Positions 17,582 to 27,689 of a DNA stretch of 64,000 nt are shown here, in pieces. Source of the DNA: Staphylococcus phage vB_SurM-PSU4; the sequence record OL436245.1; one strand, 5' to 3'. Position numbers and translations under genes: made by a program. Numbering within the stretch: the first letter of the stretch is position 1; the number at the start of each line of letters is the position of its first letter. The notes beneath the pieces were generated by a model. The model searched no databases and had not been told where the DNA came from. It worked only from the letters and a program-made list of their open reading frames with translations.

Positions 17582-18370
17582 TTGGAAGAGACAAAATTTA
17601 ATACTTTTGTTCCTTTAGATTTAGAGAAGTCTACAGAGGTAGAAAATGACACTAGAGAATTCTCTACAGTATCTGGTTGGGCTTCAACACCTAACTTAGA
17701 TTTACAAAATGATATTGTAAACCCTAAAGGGATAGATATAGAATACTTCAAAAAGCATGGATATGTTAACTATGAACATCAACCTGACCAAATCGTAGGT
17801 ATTCCTTCAGAAAATTGTTATGTAGATATGAATAAAGGATTATACATTGAAGCTAAATTGTTTAAAGACAATGATAAAGTTATTAAGATGTTAGATTTAG
17901 CAGAGAAATTACAAAAGACAGGCTCAGGACGTAGGTTAGGATTCTCTATAGAGGGAGCAGTTAAGAGTAGAAATGTTAATGATAATAGAATTATAGATTC
18001 TGTTATGATTAGTGGTGTAGCTTTAACTGCACATCCTGCAAATCCTGAAGCTACATGGGAGAAATTTGTTAAATCATTTGTTACAGGTTATGGTACAACA
18101 CCAGAAACACAACAAGATGCAGGAGCATTAAGAAGAGAACAAATTTCAAGTAGTATTACTAACCTAACATATTCTACAAGCCTTCAAAATCCTAAAGACT
18201 TAGATAAATTATGGAAAGATGTAGTTAATTACATGTCTAAAAATAATAAACTAGGTTATGAGGAATCTATTGTTACATTACAATTAGCAAAAGGATTATC
18301 AAGAAAAGATGCTGAAAAAGCAGTTTTAGATATAAGACGAAACGAATTAGATTCGGAAGGAGAAAAATAA
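17582..18370 (+). CDS. Prohead (head maturation) protease, HK97/U35 family
   Basis: The sequence FSTVSGWASTPNLDLQNDIVNPKGIDIEYFKKHGYVNYEH fits the prohead protease signature (G-[YW]-AS...D...D.I...G.......P.L..H). It uses a TTG start. Confidence 0.7.
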   Translation: MEETKFNTFVPLDLEKSTEVENDTREFSTVSGWASTPNLDLQNDIVNPKGIDIEYFKKHGYVNYEHQPDQIVGIPSENCYVDMNKGLYIEAKLFKDNDKVIKMLDLAEKLQKTGSGRRLGFSIEGAVKSRNVNDNRIIDSVMISGVALTAHPANPEATWEKFVKSFVTGYGTTPETQQDAGALRREQISSSITNLTYSTSLQNPKDLDKLWKDVVNYMSKNNKLGYEESIVTLQLAKGLSRKDAEKAVLDIRRNELDSEGEK

Positions 18371-19389
18371 TGGCTAGTACAGAATTTGATAATATTTTAG
18401 ATAAGTACGAAAATCTAAATAAAGAAGAGGTTACTAAGTCGGAAGACGTAACCAAAGCACAAGGTGAAGATGAACAAGTACCTGCTGATGCACAAGAAGA
18501 ACCTAAAGAACCTACTAAAGTAGAAGGTACTGAAGAGCAAGATAAGAAAAATAAAGAAGACCAAAAGAACTTAGAAGAACAACATGTTGAAGGTGAAGAT
18601 TCAGAAGAAGTAGAGAAATCTAAAAAAGAATCTAACGACCCAGTAGACCAAAAAGACACTAACACTGAAGACAAAGACAACAAGAAACGTAAGAACGAAA
18701 AAGATGATGAAGACTCTGATGATTCAGAAGATGAAGATTCAGAAGATAAAGAGAAATCTAAAAAAGAATCTAAAGACCCTGTAGACCATACAGATACTAA
18801 CACAGAAGATAAAGACAACGAGAAACGTAAGAACAAAAAAGAAGAAGCTAAAAAATCAATCTCTGATGAACAAGTATTAAAAGGATTTAATTCTATTCTT
18901 AAAAACTTAGAATCATTAAATGAAGATAGAAAAGAATTTGTTACTAAATCAGACTTAGAAAAAATTCAAGATTCTATTCAAGAGTTAAATGAAAAAATTG
19001 AAGCTAAAGAAGAAGCTCCAATTTCTAAATCAACTGACTACATGAATGAAGAATCTAATGAAGAAGATGTAGTTCAAAAATCAGCTACTGCTGAAACAGT
19101 TGCTAAAGGTGAAAAAGCTGAAGGTATTGTTTCTAAATCAGTAGAAGGAGATAGTGCTGTAGAAGATGCTCCACAAGAACAAGTTACTGAAGAACAAGCA
19201 CAAGATAACAAAGCTGAAGAAAATGCTAAACTTAGAAGTGCTTTCATGAAACAATTTACTGAACGTGCTTCAAAATCACCACGTAACAACGAAATTGAAA
19301 TTGCTCGTCAAGACTATATCAATTGGCAAAATGGTGTAGCAACTGAAGACCAAGTACAAAATATCAAACGTTTTGCAGGTTTAGAGTAA
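18370..19389 (+). CDS. Putative scaffolding protein (highly acidic, internal ~50-aa tandem repeat)
   Basis: It is extremely D/E/K-rich, and the SKKES(N/K)DPVD(Q/H)(K/T)DTNTEDKDN(K/E)KRKN block is repeated. It sits between the protease and the major capsid protein. Confidence 0.55.
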   Translation: MASTEFDNILDKYENLNKEEVTKSEDVTKAQGEDEQVPADAQEEPKEPTKVEGTEEQDKKNKEDQKNLEEQHVEGEDSEEVEKSKKESNDPVDQKDTNTEDKDNKKRKNEKDDEDSDDSEDEDSEDKEKSKKESKDPVDHTDTNTEDKDNEKRKNKKEEAKKSISDEQVLKGFNSILKNLESLNEDRKEFVTKSDLEKIQDSIQELNEKIEAKEEAPISKSTDYMNEESNEEDVVQKSATAETVAKGEKAEGIVSKSVEGDSAVEDAPQEQVTEEQAQDNKAEENAKLRSAFMKQFTERASKSPRNNEIEIARQDYINWQNGVATEDQVQNIKRFAGLE

Positions 19390-19474
19390 ACAGTAAAACT
19401 TATGTTATATTATAGTACGAAGTGAAATAAAATTTAAACTTTTAAAAAACATATAAATGAAAGGTGAATAATAA

Positions 19475-20899
19475 ATGACCGAAGAAAATAAAAACGGTTT
19501 TGAACAAAAGTTAAAACCAAGTCAACGTGAATTCGCTGAAAACTTGCAAGAACAATTGTCAAAATCATTCCAAACAGGATACGGAATTACTCCTGATACA
19601 CAAATTGATGCAGGAGCTTTACGTAGAGAAATTTTAGATGACCAAATTACAATGCTTACTTATACTAATGAAGACTTGATTTTCTTCAGACAAATTACTA
19701 AACGTCCAGCTCAATCAACAGTTATGAAATATGACGTTTACTTAAACCATGGTGAAGTAGGTCACTCAGGTTTCGTTCGTGAAATCGGCGTAGCACCTGT
19801 ATCAGACCCTAACATCCGTCAAAAGACCGTTAACATGAAATACGTAAGTTCTACTCGTAACATGTCAATCGCTACAACGTTAGTAAACAACGTTGAAGAC
19901 CCTGCTCAAATCTTGACAGAAGATGCAATTGTAACAGTTGCTAAAAATATTGAGTGGGCTTCATTCTATGGTGATGCTTCATTATCAAGTGAACCAACTA
20001 ACGAAGGCGGACTTGAATTTGATGGTTTAGTTAAATTAATTTCTAAAGAAAACGTAATTGATGCAAAAGGTAAAGCATTAGACCAATTATTATTAAATGA
20101 TGCAGCAGTTCACATTTCTAAAGGTTTCGGACAACCTACAGATGCTTTCATGCCTTTAGGTGTACATGCAGAATTCGTAAACGATATGCTTTCTAACCAA
20201 CGTCAATTAATGTCAGACAACAGTGGTAACTTAACAGCAGGTTACAACGTACAAGGATTTAACTCAGTACGTGGACACATTGCTTTACATGGTTCTACTG
20301 TAATGGAAAATGACTTAATTTTAGACGAATCAGTTCAACCAAAACCAAATGCACCTCAACCAGCTAAAGTAAGTGCTACTGTTCAAACAGACCAAAAAGG
20401 TAAATTTGACGACCCACAAGAAACTGAAGTTAACTACAAAGTAGTAGTAAACTCAGATGAAGCTAAATCTTATGCTAGTGAAGAAGTACAAGCACAAGTT
20501 TCAAATGCTACAGATGCAGTTGAATTAACTATTCAATTACAATCTATGTATCAATCTCAACCTCAATTCGTTTCTATTTACCGTCAAGGTAAAAACACTG
20601 GTTTATTCTACCTAATCGATAGAGTAGCAGTTTCTCAACAAAACGAAGAAGGAAACATTGTGTACTTAGACCGTAACGAAAACTTACCAGAAACAGCAGA
20701 CGTATTCGTTGGTGAATTAACTCCAACAGTAATTCACTTATTCGAGTTACTTCCAATGATGAGATTACCATTAGCTCAAATTAATGCTTCAATTACATTT
20801 GCAGTATTATGGTATGGTGCTTTAGCACTACGTGCACCTAAAAAATGGGCTCGTATTAAAAACGTTCGTTACACAGCAGTTAACCCATACGCACACTAA
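19475..20899 (+). CDS. Major capsid protein (HK97 fold)
   Basis: 474-aa ORF after the protease and scaffold, with an AAAGGTG RBS and a strong terminator downstream. The composition and position are typical of a Twort-like major capsid protein. Confidence 0.75.
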   Translation: MTEENKNGFEQKLKPSQREFAENLQEQLSKSFQTGYGITPDTQIDAGALRREILDDQITMLTYTNEDLIFFRQITKRPAQSTVMKYDVYLNHGEVGHSGFVREIGVAPVSDPNIRQKTVNMKYVSSTRNMSIATTLVNNVEDPAQILTEDAIVTVAKNIEWASFYGDASLSSEPTNEGGLEFDGLVKLISKENVIDAKGKALDQLLLNDAAVHISKGFGQPTDAFMPLGVHAEFVNDMLSNQRQLMSDNSGNLTAGYNVQGFNSVRGHIALHGSTVMENDLILDESVQPKPNAPQPAKVSATVQTDQKGKFDDPQETEVNYKVVVNSDEAKSYASEEVQAQVSNATDAVELTIQLQSMYQSQPQFVSIYRQGKNTGLFYLIDRVAVSQQNEEGNIVYLDRNENLPETADVFVGELTPTVIHLFELLPMMRLPLAQINASITFAVLWYGALALRAPKKWARIKNVRYTAVNPYAH

Positions 20900-20938
20900 T
20901 TTAATAAACACTTTAAATAACAATTTAATACAACTCAA

Positions 20939-20973
20939 TAAGCTAAGGTCATATAACCTTAGCTTTTTTTATT
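20939..20973 (+). terminator. Rho-independent terminator after capsid gene
   Basis: aagctaaggt-catata-accttagctt hairpin followed by T7. Confidence 0.7.
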
Positions 20974-20998
20974 ATAATAAAAGAAAGGATACTAATAT

Positions 20999-21292
20999 AT
21001 GCTAAAATATAAAGGCTCATTTAATAAAAAAGTTCAAACTGTAGTAGGAGAAGTTACAGTTGATGAATTTGGATTAGTTAAAGGATTAAAGAAAGCAGAT
21101 GAAGATATTCTTTTAAATGGATTTAATTTTGAACAAGCAGAAGAGTCAAAATCTACTAATAAATCACAACCTAAGTCAGAGAATAAAGAAGATTCTAAAG
21201 AAGAGGGAAAAACTTCAACAACTAAAAAGACAACAGGAACTACTAGAAAAACAACTGCACGTAAAACAACTAAAAAAACTGAAGAGAAATAA
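20999..21292 (+). CDS. Small K/T-rich virion-associated protein
   Basis: 97-aa ORF with an AAAGGA RBS and a low-complexity TTKKTTGTTRKTTARKTTKK tail. Confidence 0.45.
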   Translation: MLKYKGSFNKKVQTVVGEVTVDEFGLVKGLKKADEDILLNGFNFEQAEESKSTNKSQPKSENKEDSKEEGKTSTTKKTTGTTRKTTARKTTKKTEEK

Positions 21293-21304
21293 AGGTGATA
21301 AAGA

Positions 21305-22216
21305 ATGTCTAACCCTATGTTTGGCGGACATCTAGACCCGTATGAAACAACAGATAATTATGAGTATCCTTATCATCCAGCAGGTAATCCTAAGAAGATA
21401 GATAAATCAGAAGTAGAATCCTATACTCTAGCTGATTATGGATGGACACCTGAAGCTATCAAAGAGCATTACATGTATGGTATAAGGGTACAAAACCCTG
21501 AAACAGGTAAAGAAATGGATGATGCTTTCTATAACCATGTATTTGAAGTGGCTATAGATAAAGCAGAAAAAGCATTAGATATATCTATACTACCCGATTT
21601 CCAAGATGAGCAAAGAGACTATTATGAACAAGACTTTAATAGTTACATGTTTGTTCATGCTTATAAGAAACCAATACTCCAAGTTGAAGGATTACAATTA
21701 CACTTCAATGGTAGACCAATATATAAATACCCAGCTAATTGGTGGAAAGTACACCATGTAGATGGACAAGTACAGCTATACCCAACAGCTTTAATGCAAG
21801 TAGGTCAAGGAGCTAGTTATTCTAGTGCGGTAAGTGGTTATCCATACCTAGCAGGTATGATGCCACCTCAAGGTAATACTTATGCTCCTCAAATGATACA
21901 TTTAGAGTATATTTCAGGTATGTTACCACAGAAAAGAGCAGGGGTAACTAAACCATGGGAATGTCCTACAAGCTTACAACAATTAGTGATTAAATATGCA
22001 CTTAAAGAGATATACCAAGTATGGGGTAACCTTATTATCGGTGCAGGAATAGCAAACAAATCACTAGATGTTGATGGTATTAGTGAAACAATTGGCACTA
22101 CTCAATCAGCTATGTATGGTGGAGCTAGTGCTCAAATAATTCAAATAAATGATGATATTGATGAGCTATTAAAAGGTTTACAATCATACTTTGGTACCAA
22201 CATGGTAGCTATCTAA
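21305..22216 (+). CDS. Virion structural protein (head-tail region)
   Basis: 303-aa ORF in the structural operon between the capsid and sheath genes. Confidence 0.5.
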   Translation: MSNPMFGGHLDPYETTDNYEYPYHPAGNPKKIDKSEVESYTLADYGWTPEAIKEHYMYGIRVQNPETGKEMDDAFYNHVFEVAIDKAEKALDISILPDFQDEQRDYYEQDFNSYMFVHAYKKPILQVEGLQLHFNGRPIYKYPANWWKVHHVDGQVQLYPTALMQVGQGASYSSAVSGYPYLAGMMPPQGNTYAPQMIHLEYISGMLPQKRAGVTKPWECPTSLQQLVIKYALKEIYQVWGNLIIGAGIANKSLDVDGISETIGTTQSAMYGGASAQIIQINDDIDELLKGLQSYFGTNMVAI

Positions 22217-22229
22217 AGGAGGAATATAG

Positions 22230-23111
22230 TTGGAAAAGAGTTATAAATTAACAAGTAGTAGAGTAGATAAAGTTAATCCTTCTATAGATAATGATACTTC
22301 CTATTCTCCTTTAGAAAAAGAAGAACCTCAAACATCAACAACAAGATTAGAATTTGACACAAAAGAAATGCGTAGGTTTATGTATCATAGAGGTATAAAA
22401 GTTCTTTGGGAACAAGCATACCTCTGTCCTTGTTTAAATACAAAAACAGGAGCACCTAGAATAGATTGTCCAAGATGTCATGGTTCAGGTATAGCTTATT
22501 TACCACCTAAAGAGACAGTAATGGCTATTCAATCACAAGGTAAAGGTGTGAGTGTATTCGACTTAGGTATTATGGAAACAGGAACTGCTATAGGAACAAC
22601 ACAATTAGAACATAGAGTATCCTACAGGGATAGATTTACAGTTCCAGATGTAGTAATGCCTCAACATATGATTTTCTTAATAACAGAAGATAGAGTTAAA
22701 AAAGGAATATCATTAGTCTATGATACAAAAGAAATTATATATATAACAACAGATGAACGTGTCTTGTATGAAGAAGATTATACAGTAAAAGATAATAGAC
22801 TATATTTAGATAAATCATTTATAGGACAAAATGTATCTTTAAAAATATATATGACTTTAAGATATACTGTTTCAGATATACTTAAAGAAAGTCGTTATCA
22901 ATATACACAATTCAATGAACCTCAAACTAAATTTGAAAATTTACCACAAAAGTTACTCTTAAAAAGAGAAGATGTTTTTGTTAAACCAGAAGCATATAAA
23001 CCTAAAGATGGTATTAATGAGGATATACAAATAGATGATGTTATAGATGACCCTAAGTCTAAACCTACAAGTCAAGAAAATAAAGGTGGATTCTTTGGTG
23101 GTGTTTTCTAA
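22230..23111 (+). CDS. Virion structural protein (head-tail region)
   Basis: 293-aa ORF with a GGAGGA RBS. Confidence 0.5.
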   Translation: MEKSYKLTSSRVDKVNPSIDNDTSYSPLEKEEPQTSTTRLEFDTKEMRRFMYHRGIKVLWEQAYLCPCLNTKTGAPRIDCPRCHGSGIAYLPPKETVMAIQSQGKGVSVFDLGIMETGTAIGTTQLEHRVSYRDRFTVPDVVMPQHMIFLITEDRVKKGISLVYDTKEIIYITTDERVLYEEDYTVKDNRLYLDKSFIGQNVSLKIYMTLRYTVSDILKESRYQYTQFNEPQTKFENLPQKLLLKREDVFVKPEAYKPKDGINEDIQIDDVIDDPKSKPTSQENKGGFFGGVF

Positions 23112-23719
23112 TGTCAAAGAATAAAATACCTAAATTTTTAGCAAATCCTAGTGAATCATCTAGGAAGATTGCTAAAGGTTTAGAGAATGATGCTACAAAT
23201 GAATTACATTTACAAGCTCAACAAATCCAAATGGATATGGACGATGTAAAGGTAACTAGAGTTAATAACAGAATTCAAATAGAAAAGAAAATGGAAGAAA
23301 ACAATATCATTGACTTAAAACCATACTTTGCTAGGTCTTCTAAGAAGAAAGACAAGAAAGATGGGGGATGGTACTTAATAGTACCTATTCGTGTAAAAAC
23401 AAGTCAAATGAGTAGTAGAATGTATACAAAATTAAACAAGGTTCAAAAACAAGGTAAGTATACAAATACTTTAATAGATTATATAGAAGGTACTAGACAG
23501 AAAACAACAGTCCCTAGCTTAGCACCAAAACAAGCTAGTAAAAATATAACTAAAGTAGATAAACCTAAAAACAAATCTCATTATGTATTCTTCAGAACAG
23601 TTTCTGATACATCACCTCCAAACTCTTGGATAATAAACAGAGGAAATACTGAAGGGATGTCTTCAAGAGATAGAAGAGATATTGAATCATTAATGAGATG
23701 GAAGATGAACAACCTATAA
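23111..23719 (+). CDS. Virion structural protein
   Basis: 202-aa ORF whose start overlaps the upstream stop. Confidence 0.45.
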   Translation: MSKNKIPKFLANPSESSRKIAKGLENDATNELHLQAQQIQMDMDDVKVTRVNNRIQIEKKMEENNIIDLKPYFARSSKKKDKKDGGWYLIVPIRVKTSQMSSRMYTKLNKVQKQGKYTNTLIDYIEGTRQKTTVPSLAPKQASKNITKVDKPKNKSHYVFFRTVSDTSPPNSWIINRGNTEGMSSRDRRDIESLMRWKMNNL

Positions 23720-23735
23720 AGGAGAAAAGACTATT

Positions 23736-24578
23736 ATGGCTATCACTTCAACTGACTCATATTTACTAGAAGAAATAGAGCCTAGATTACAGACAGTGCT
23801 TAAAAATTGTTATATTATAGACGAGGTTTTGAAGGACTACAACGAATCCACAAGAGAGAATTTTAAAGAAGGTTTTTGTGGAGAAAATGCACCTTATGAA
23901 GTCACTATAAGTTTCAAAACACCTGAATTTAAAAATGGTACTAAAGCACATTATCTCATTCAACAAGGACAAGGCAGGGAATCAAATACATCCTTCTCTA
24001 ATATACAAGCTGATTACTTAGAAGCAAGTGGTAATACACAATCTGAATATAGTACAGTGTATAGAGATGGGGATAGATTGAAACTTAAAGTTTCTAAACC
24101 TATTCATGATGTATTAGTTGTAGAACATATTTCCTTTGCTGAGTTTGATGATTTGAAGTGGGAAGATAATGTTATTTCTTTTAGATATGATGGAAATGAA
24201 TCTTTAGAAAATTATCAGGCTATTGTTAAATATGTTGAAAAAACAGGTGATACCAAAGGTCTTGTAAAAGGTTTTACTGTTAGTGAACAAGTAACGATTG
24301 TTGGATTATCTGATAACGTAGATACAGCAAGGTGTTTAGATGCTATTTTAAAAATGATTTTAATATCAATGAGAGATAGCTTACAAGAACAACAATCTTT
24401 ACAATTACAAAGATTAGAGTTCGGAGATTTATCCCCTATAATTACAGAAACTGATTTTTATATTTGGGGTAGACCAACAATCATTTCATATGAAACATCT
24501 ATAGATATGGACTATACAATCACTCAAGACATCAACAAATTAACATTTAAAGGAAGGTATGACTATAACAATGGCTAG
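23736..24578 (+). CDS. Virion structural protein
   Basis: 280-aa ORF with an AGGAGA RBS. Confidence 0.45.
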   Translation: MAITSTDSYLLEEIEPRLQTVLKNCYIIDEVLKDYNESTRENFKEGFCGENAPYEVTISFKTPEFKNGTKAHYLIQQGQGRESNTSFSNIQADYLEASGNTQSEYSTVYRDGDRLKLKVSKPIHDVLVVEHISFAEFDDLKWEDNVISFRYDGNESLENYQAIVKYVEKTGDTKGLVKGFTVSEQVTIVGLSDNVDTARCLDAILKMILISMRDSLQEQQSLQLQRLEFGDLSPIITETDFYIWGRPTIISYETSIDMDYTITQDINKLTFKGRYDYNNG

Positions 24579-24786
24579 TAAAAAACCAACAACAAAACAA
24601 ACAAAACCTAAATTCACAGGATATGCTGATATAGATACTTTTATTAACTCAGCACAAACAGTCTTTAAATTCTCTGATGGAGAAGCTAAAGGATTTAAAG
24701 CTTTTATGGAAGGTAAATATTATCAACGTTCAGAACGTGATTTTATACCTTACTTAGAAAGTTATTTAGGTAAAAAATTAAAATAA
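24559..24786 (+). CDS. Small structural-module protein
   Basis: 75-aa ORF overlapping the upstream gene's end. Confidence 0.4.
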   Translation: MTITMASKKPTTKQTKPKFTGYADIDTFINSAQTVFKFSDGEAKGFKAFMEGKYYQRSERDFIPYLESYLGKKLK

Positions 24787-24807
24787 TAGATAGGAGACAT
24801 AAATAAT

Positions 24808-26577
24808 ATGGCTGAAAGTGTATTTCCAAGAATCCCTATCACCCGTCCACATACAGAAATAAATGTAGATACGTCAGGTATTGGTGGTTCAGCAAGTTCA
24901 AGTGAGAAGATTCTTTGCTTAATTGGACAAGCTGAAGGTGGGGAACCTAACACAGTATATGAATTACGAAATTATTCACAAGCTGAACAAATTTTCCGTT
25001 CAGGAGAATTAGTAGATGCTATTCACTTAGCATGGACTACAAACCCACAATTTACAGCAGGAACTATTTTAGCAATGCGTATTGAAGATGCAGAACCTGC
25101 AACACTAACTAAAGGTGGATTAACTTTTAAATCTAAAATCTATGGTGTAGACTCTAATGACATTCAAGTTGCTTTAGAAGAAAACACTATCACAGATTCT
25201 TACCGTTTGAAAGTTATCTTTGATAAAGACCGTATTCGTAACACTTACGATAATATTGGTAACATCTTCAAATTAGAGTATACAGGTGAAGGTCAAGGTA
25301 CTTATACAGTTAAACATAATAAAGAAACTGGTGAAGCTACAAACCTAATCTTAAGTGAAGATGGTTCAGAAGTAAGAAATTATGCACTAGGTGAAGGTGT
25401 ATATGAATATACGAATGACATCATTAAAGACGTAAACAACTTACCAAGCTTTAAAGCTACATTGTCACCATTCGGAAATAAAGACTTAGAAACTAAGTAT
25501 TTAGATGAAGCTAAAGATGTAGATATTAAAGTTGAAGATGGGGTTTATGTAACAGCAATCTTCGGAGATATTTTAAAACAAACTAAATATGACCAAGCAA
25601 TATCAATTGAACGTACAGAAGAACAACAAGATTCTCCAAGCGATGTAAGTGTAGAAGCAGGTGAAAGTAGTGCTGAAGTATCAGCAGGAAGTACTGTATC
25701 TGTACAAGACATTGAACCATTTGAATTATCTAACTTACAAGGCGGAACAAATGGAACACCTCCAAGCACTTGGTCAGAAAAATTAGATAAATTTTCACAT
25801 GAAGGTGGATACTACATTGTACCACTAAGTTCTAGACAATCTGTACACGCAGAGGTTGCACACTTTGTAACTTCACGTTCAGATGCAGGAGAACCAATGA
25901 GAGCTATTGTAGGTGCAGGAATTAATGAAGCAAAAGAACAATTAATTGGTCGTGCTTCAGCTCTAGTAAATCCTCGTGTTACACTTGTAGCTAACTCTGG
26001 TACATTTATGATGGATGATGGACGTAGAAACCATGTACCTGCATATATGGTAGCAGCAGCTATCGGTGGTTTAGCAAGTGGACTAGGTATTGGTGAATCA
26101 ATTACATTCAAGAACTTCCGTATTAATTCACTAGACCAAGTTTATGAATCAGCAGACTTAGACCAATTAAACGAAAACGGTGTAGTAACTATCGAATTCG
26201 TTCGTGACAGATTAAACACTCGTTTCCGTATTGTTGATGATGTAACAACATACAATGACACAAGAGACCCTGTTAAATCTGAAATGGCAATTGGTGAAGA
26301 AAACGACTTCTTAAGTTCTGAACTTAAAATCTTACTTGATGATAACTTCATCGGTTCTAGAACAACAGAAACAAGCCCTTCAATCATCAAAGACTTTATT
26401 CAGTCTTATCTTGAACGTAAAAAACGTGACCATGAAATCCAAGATTTCACACCAGAAGACGTACAAGTTATTGTTGAAGGTAAAGAAGCACGAATCTCAA
26501 TGACAGTATTCCCAATCAGAACATTGAAAAAAATTACTGTATCATTGGTTTACAAAGAACAACAATTACAAGCCTAA
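24808..26577 (+). CDS. Tail sheath protein
   Basis: 589 aa. The N-terminus MAESVFPRIPITRPHTEINVDTSGIGGSASSSEKILCLIGQAEGGEPNTVYELRNYSQAEQIFRSGEL and the C-terminus ...ISMTVFPIRTLKKITVSLVYKEQQLQA closely match what I recall of the Twort-like/phage K sheath. Confidence 0.85.
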   Translation: MAESVFPRIPITRPHTEINVDTSGIGGSASSSEKILCLIGQAEGGEPNTVYELRNYSQAEQIFRSGELVDAIHLAWTTNPQFTAGTILAMRIEDAEPATLTKGGLTFKSKIYGVDSNDIQVALEENTITDSYRLKVIFDKDRIRNTYDNIGNIFKLEYTGEGQGTYTVKHNKETGEATNLILSEDGSEVRNYALGEGVYEYTNDIIKDVNNLPSFKATLSPFGNKDLETKYLDEAKDVDIKVEDGVYVTAIFGDILKQTKYDQAISIERTEEQQDSPSDVSVEAGESSAEVSAGSTVSVQDIEPFELSNLQGGTNGTPPSTWSEKLDKFSHEGGYYIVPLSSRQSVHAEVAHFVTSRSDAGEPMRAIVGAGINEAKEQLIGRASALVNPRVTLVANSGTFMMDDGRRNHVPAYMVAAAIGGLASGLGIGESITFKNFRINSLDQVYESADLDQLNENGVVTIEFVRDRLNTRFRIVDDVTTYNDTRDPVKSEMAIGEENDFLSSELKILLDDNFIGSRTTETSPSIIKDFIQSYLERKKRDHEIQDFTPEDVQVIVEGKEARISMTVFPIRTLKKITVSLVYKEQQLQA

Positions 26578-26646
26578 TCTAGTGGAGTACCTAGATTAGG
26601 TACTCCTATTATGAAAAAGTTAAACAAAATAGGAGAGTGAATATAG

Positions 26647-26974
26647 ATGGCAAGTGAAGCTAAACAAAGTATTCACACTGGTAATACCGTCTATCTAATG
26701 GTTAAGGGTAAAATTGTAGGCAGAGCTCAATCAGCTTCAGGTACACGTGAATACGGTACTGAGGGCGTATATGAAATTGGTTCTATCATGCCACAAGAAC
26801 ACGTTTACCTTAGATACGAAGGTACAGTGACAATAGAAAGATTACGAATGAAAAAAGAAAACTTTGCAAAATTAGGATATGCTTCTTTAGGTGAAGAAAT
26901 CCTTAAAAAAGATGTTATCGATATTTTAGTTGTAGATAACTTAACTAAGAGTGTAATCATAGCGTATCATGGTT
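26647..26974 (+). CDS. Tail tube protein, exon 1
   Basis: MASEAKQSIHTGNTVYLMVKGKIVGRAQSASG... matches what I recall of the Twort-like tail tube. The unspliced ORF stops at 26985 after only 112 aa, and the exon is predicted to end at ...CATGGTT. Confidence 0.7.
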
Positions 26975-27275
26975 TAACTAAATAGACCCCTTGTACAGTG
27001 ATGTGCATTGAATAATACTTTAAATTGCTAGAACACCGTAAAGCTAACTTAACCACATAGGAATTGGAAACGATAAACTAGAAGGTCAGGAAACTAGAAA
27101 AAATAAGTTAGATGGTATATGGTTAAAACCTAAGTACTAATTAATCGGAAATTAGCATCGAAGCTCCTGTAAAATGGAGAACGTTCAACGACTATAATAA
27201 GTGAGTCTTAGTTACAATAAGATTATGGAATAGTCTAGTCCGTATATAAATATTGCGAAAGCAACGGTAGAATCG
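26975..27275 (+). mobile_element. ORF-less group I intron 1 in tail-tube gene
   Basis: It begins TAACTAAATAGACCCC like the terL introns. It contains gagaacgttcaacgactataa (P7 5') and ggaatagtctagtccgtatataaat (P7 3'), and ends ...ggtagaatcG. Exon 1 + exon 2 then read YHG-C-SANNY in frame. Confidence 0.65.
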
Positions 27276-27352
27276 GTTCAGCGAATAACTATGATGAAGA
27301 GATAAACACGAACGAAATGATAACTGAGAGCATAGAGTTTTCTTATCTTACA
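27276..27352 (+). CDS. Tail tube protein, micro-exon 2 (encodes CSANNYDEEINTNEMITESIEFSYLT)
   Basis: The frame is open only in the phase created by splicing from 26974. The peptide matches my recollection of the phage K tail tube C-terminal region. The exact 3' end is ambiguous within ~3 nt. Confidence 0.6.
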
Positions 27353-27616
27353 GCATTAAATTTCTAGTGCCCTTATACAGTAATGTATATTGAATAAATC
27401 CTCTAATTCAGGGAAACCCTAAACGAAATTAAGACGTAGGCAATCCTGAGCTAAGCCTGTAACATACAGGAAAGTGCAACGACTATCTCTACGGAGAGTA
27501 CGCTCAAGTGAGTGGAAATGGGGATTATCCTATAAAGTATAGGATAGTGATATAGTCTGGACATATATGGAAACATATAGAAGGTTAGGAGTAACGAACC
27601 TAATCGTAACACAATC
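27353..27616 (+). mobile_element. ORF-less group I intron 2 in tail-tube gene (or non-spliced 3' intron relic)
   Basis: gcccttatacagtaatgtatattgaataa...ggaaaccctaa...ggcaatc...gtgcaacgactat...gatatagtctgg is closely similar to the 3' half of terL intron 3. If spliced, the C-terminus becomes ...YLTADKAS*. If not, the protein ends ...YLTALNF* at 27367. Confidence 0.5.
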
Positions 27617-27634
27617 GCAGATAAAGCATCATAA
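27617..27634 (+). CDS. Tail tube protein, putative terminal mini-exon 3 (ADKAS-stop)
   Basis: gca gat aaa gca tca taa lies immediately upstream of a strong terminator. It matches the recalled K-like C-terminus ...SDKARQ. Inference. Confidence 0.4.
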   Translation, partial: ADKAS

Positions 27635-27648
27635 TAATTTAGTATACT

Positions 27649-27688
27649 TAAACCCAACTTTTATTGTTGGGTTTATTTTTTTTTAATT
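27649..27688 (+). terminator. Rho-independent terminator after tail-tube gene
   Basis: aaacccaac-ttttatt-gttgggttt hairpin followed by T11. Confidence 0.7.
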
Positions 27689-27689
27689 T

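Noticed and set aside
18273-18836. 187-aa minus-strand ORF (Ser/Leu-rich) antisense to the scaffold gene
   Set aside because: It is an artifact of reading the reverse strand of the GA-rich acidic repeat region. It has no RBS and low-complexity composition.
21117-21335. 72-aa alternative-frame ORF overlapping 20999-21292
   Set aside because: It overlaps a better-supported ORF with an RBS and is probably spurious.
27571-27634. Alternative reading in which the tail-tube protein simply ends ...YLTALNF* at 27367 and the second intron-like core is a non-spliced 3' relic
   Set aside because: Not rejected outright. I kept the spliced model as slightly favoured because ADKAS* resembles the recalled K-like C-terminus and sits right before the terminator. 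Only RNA data can decide.
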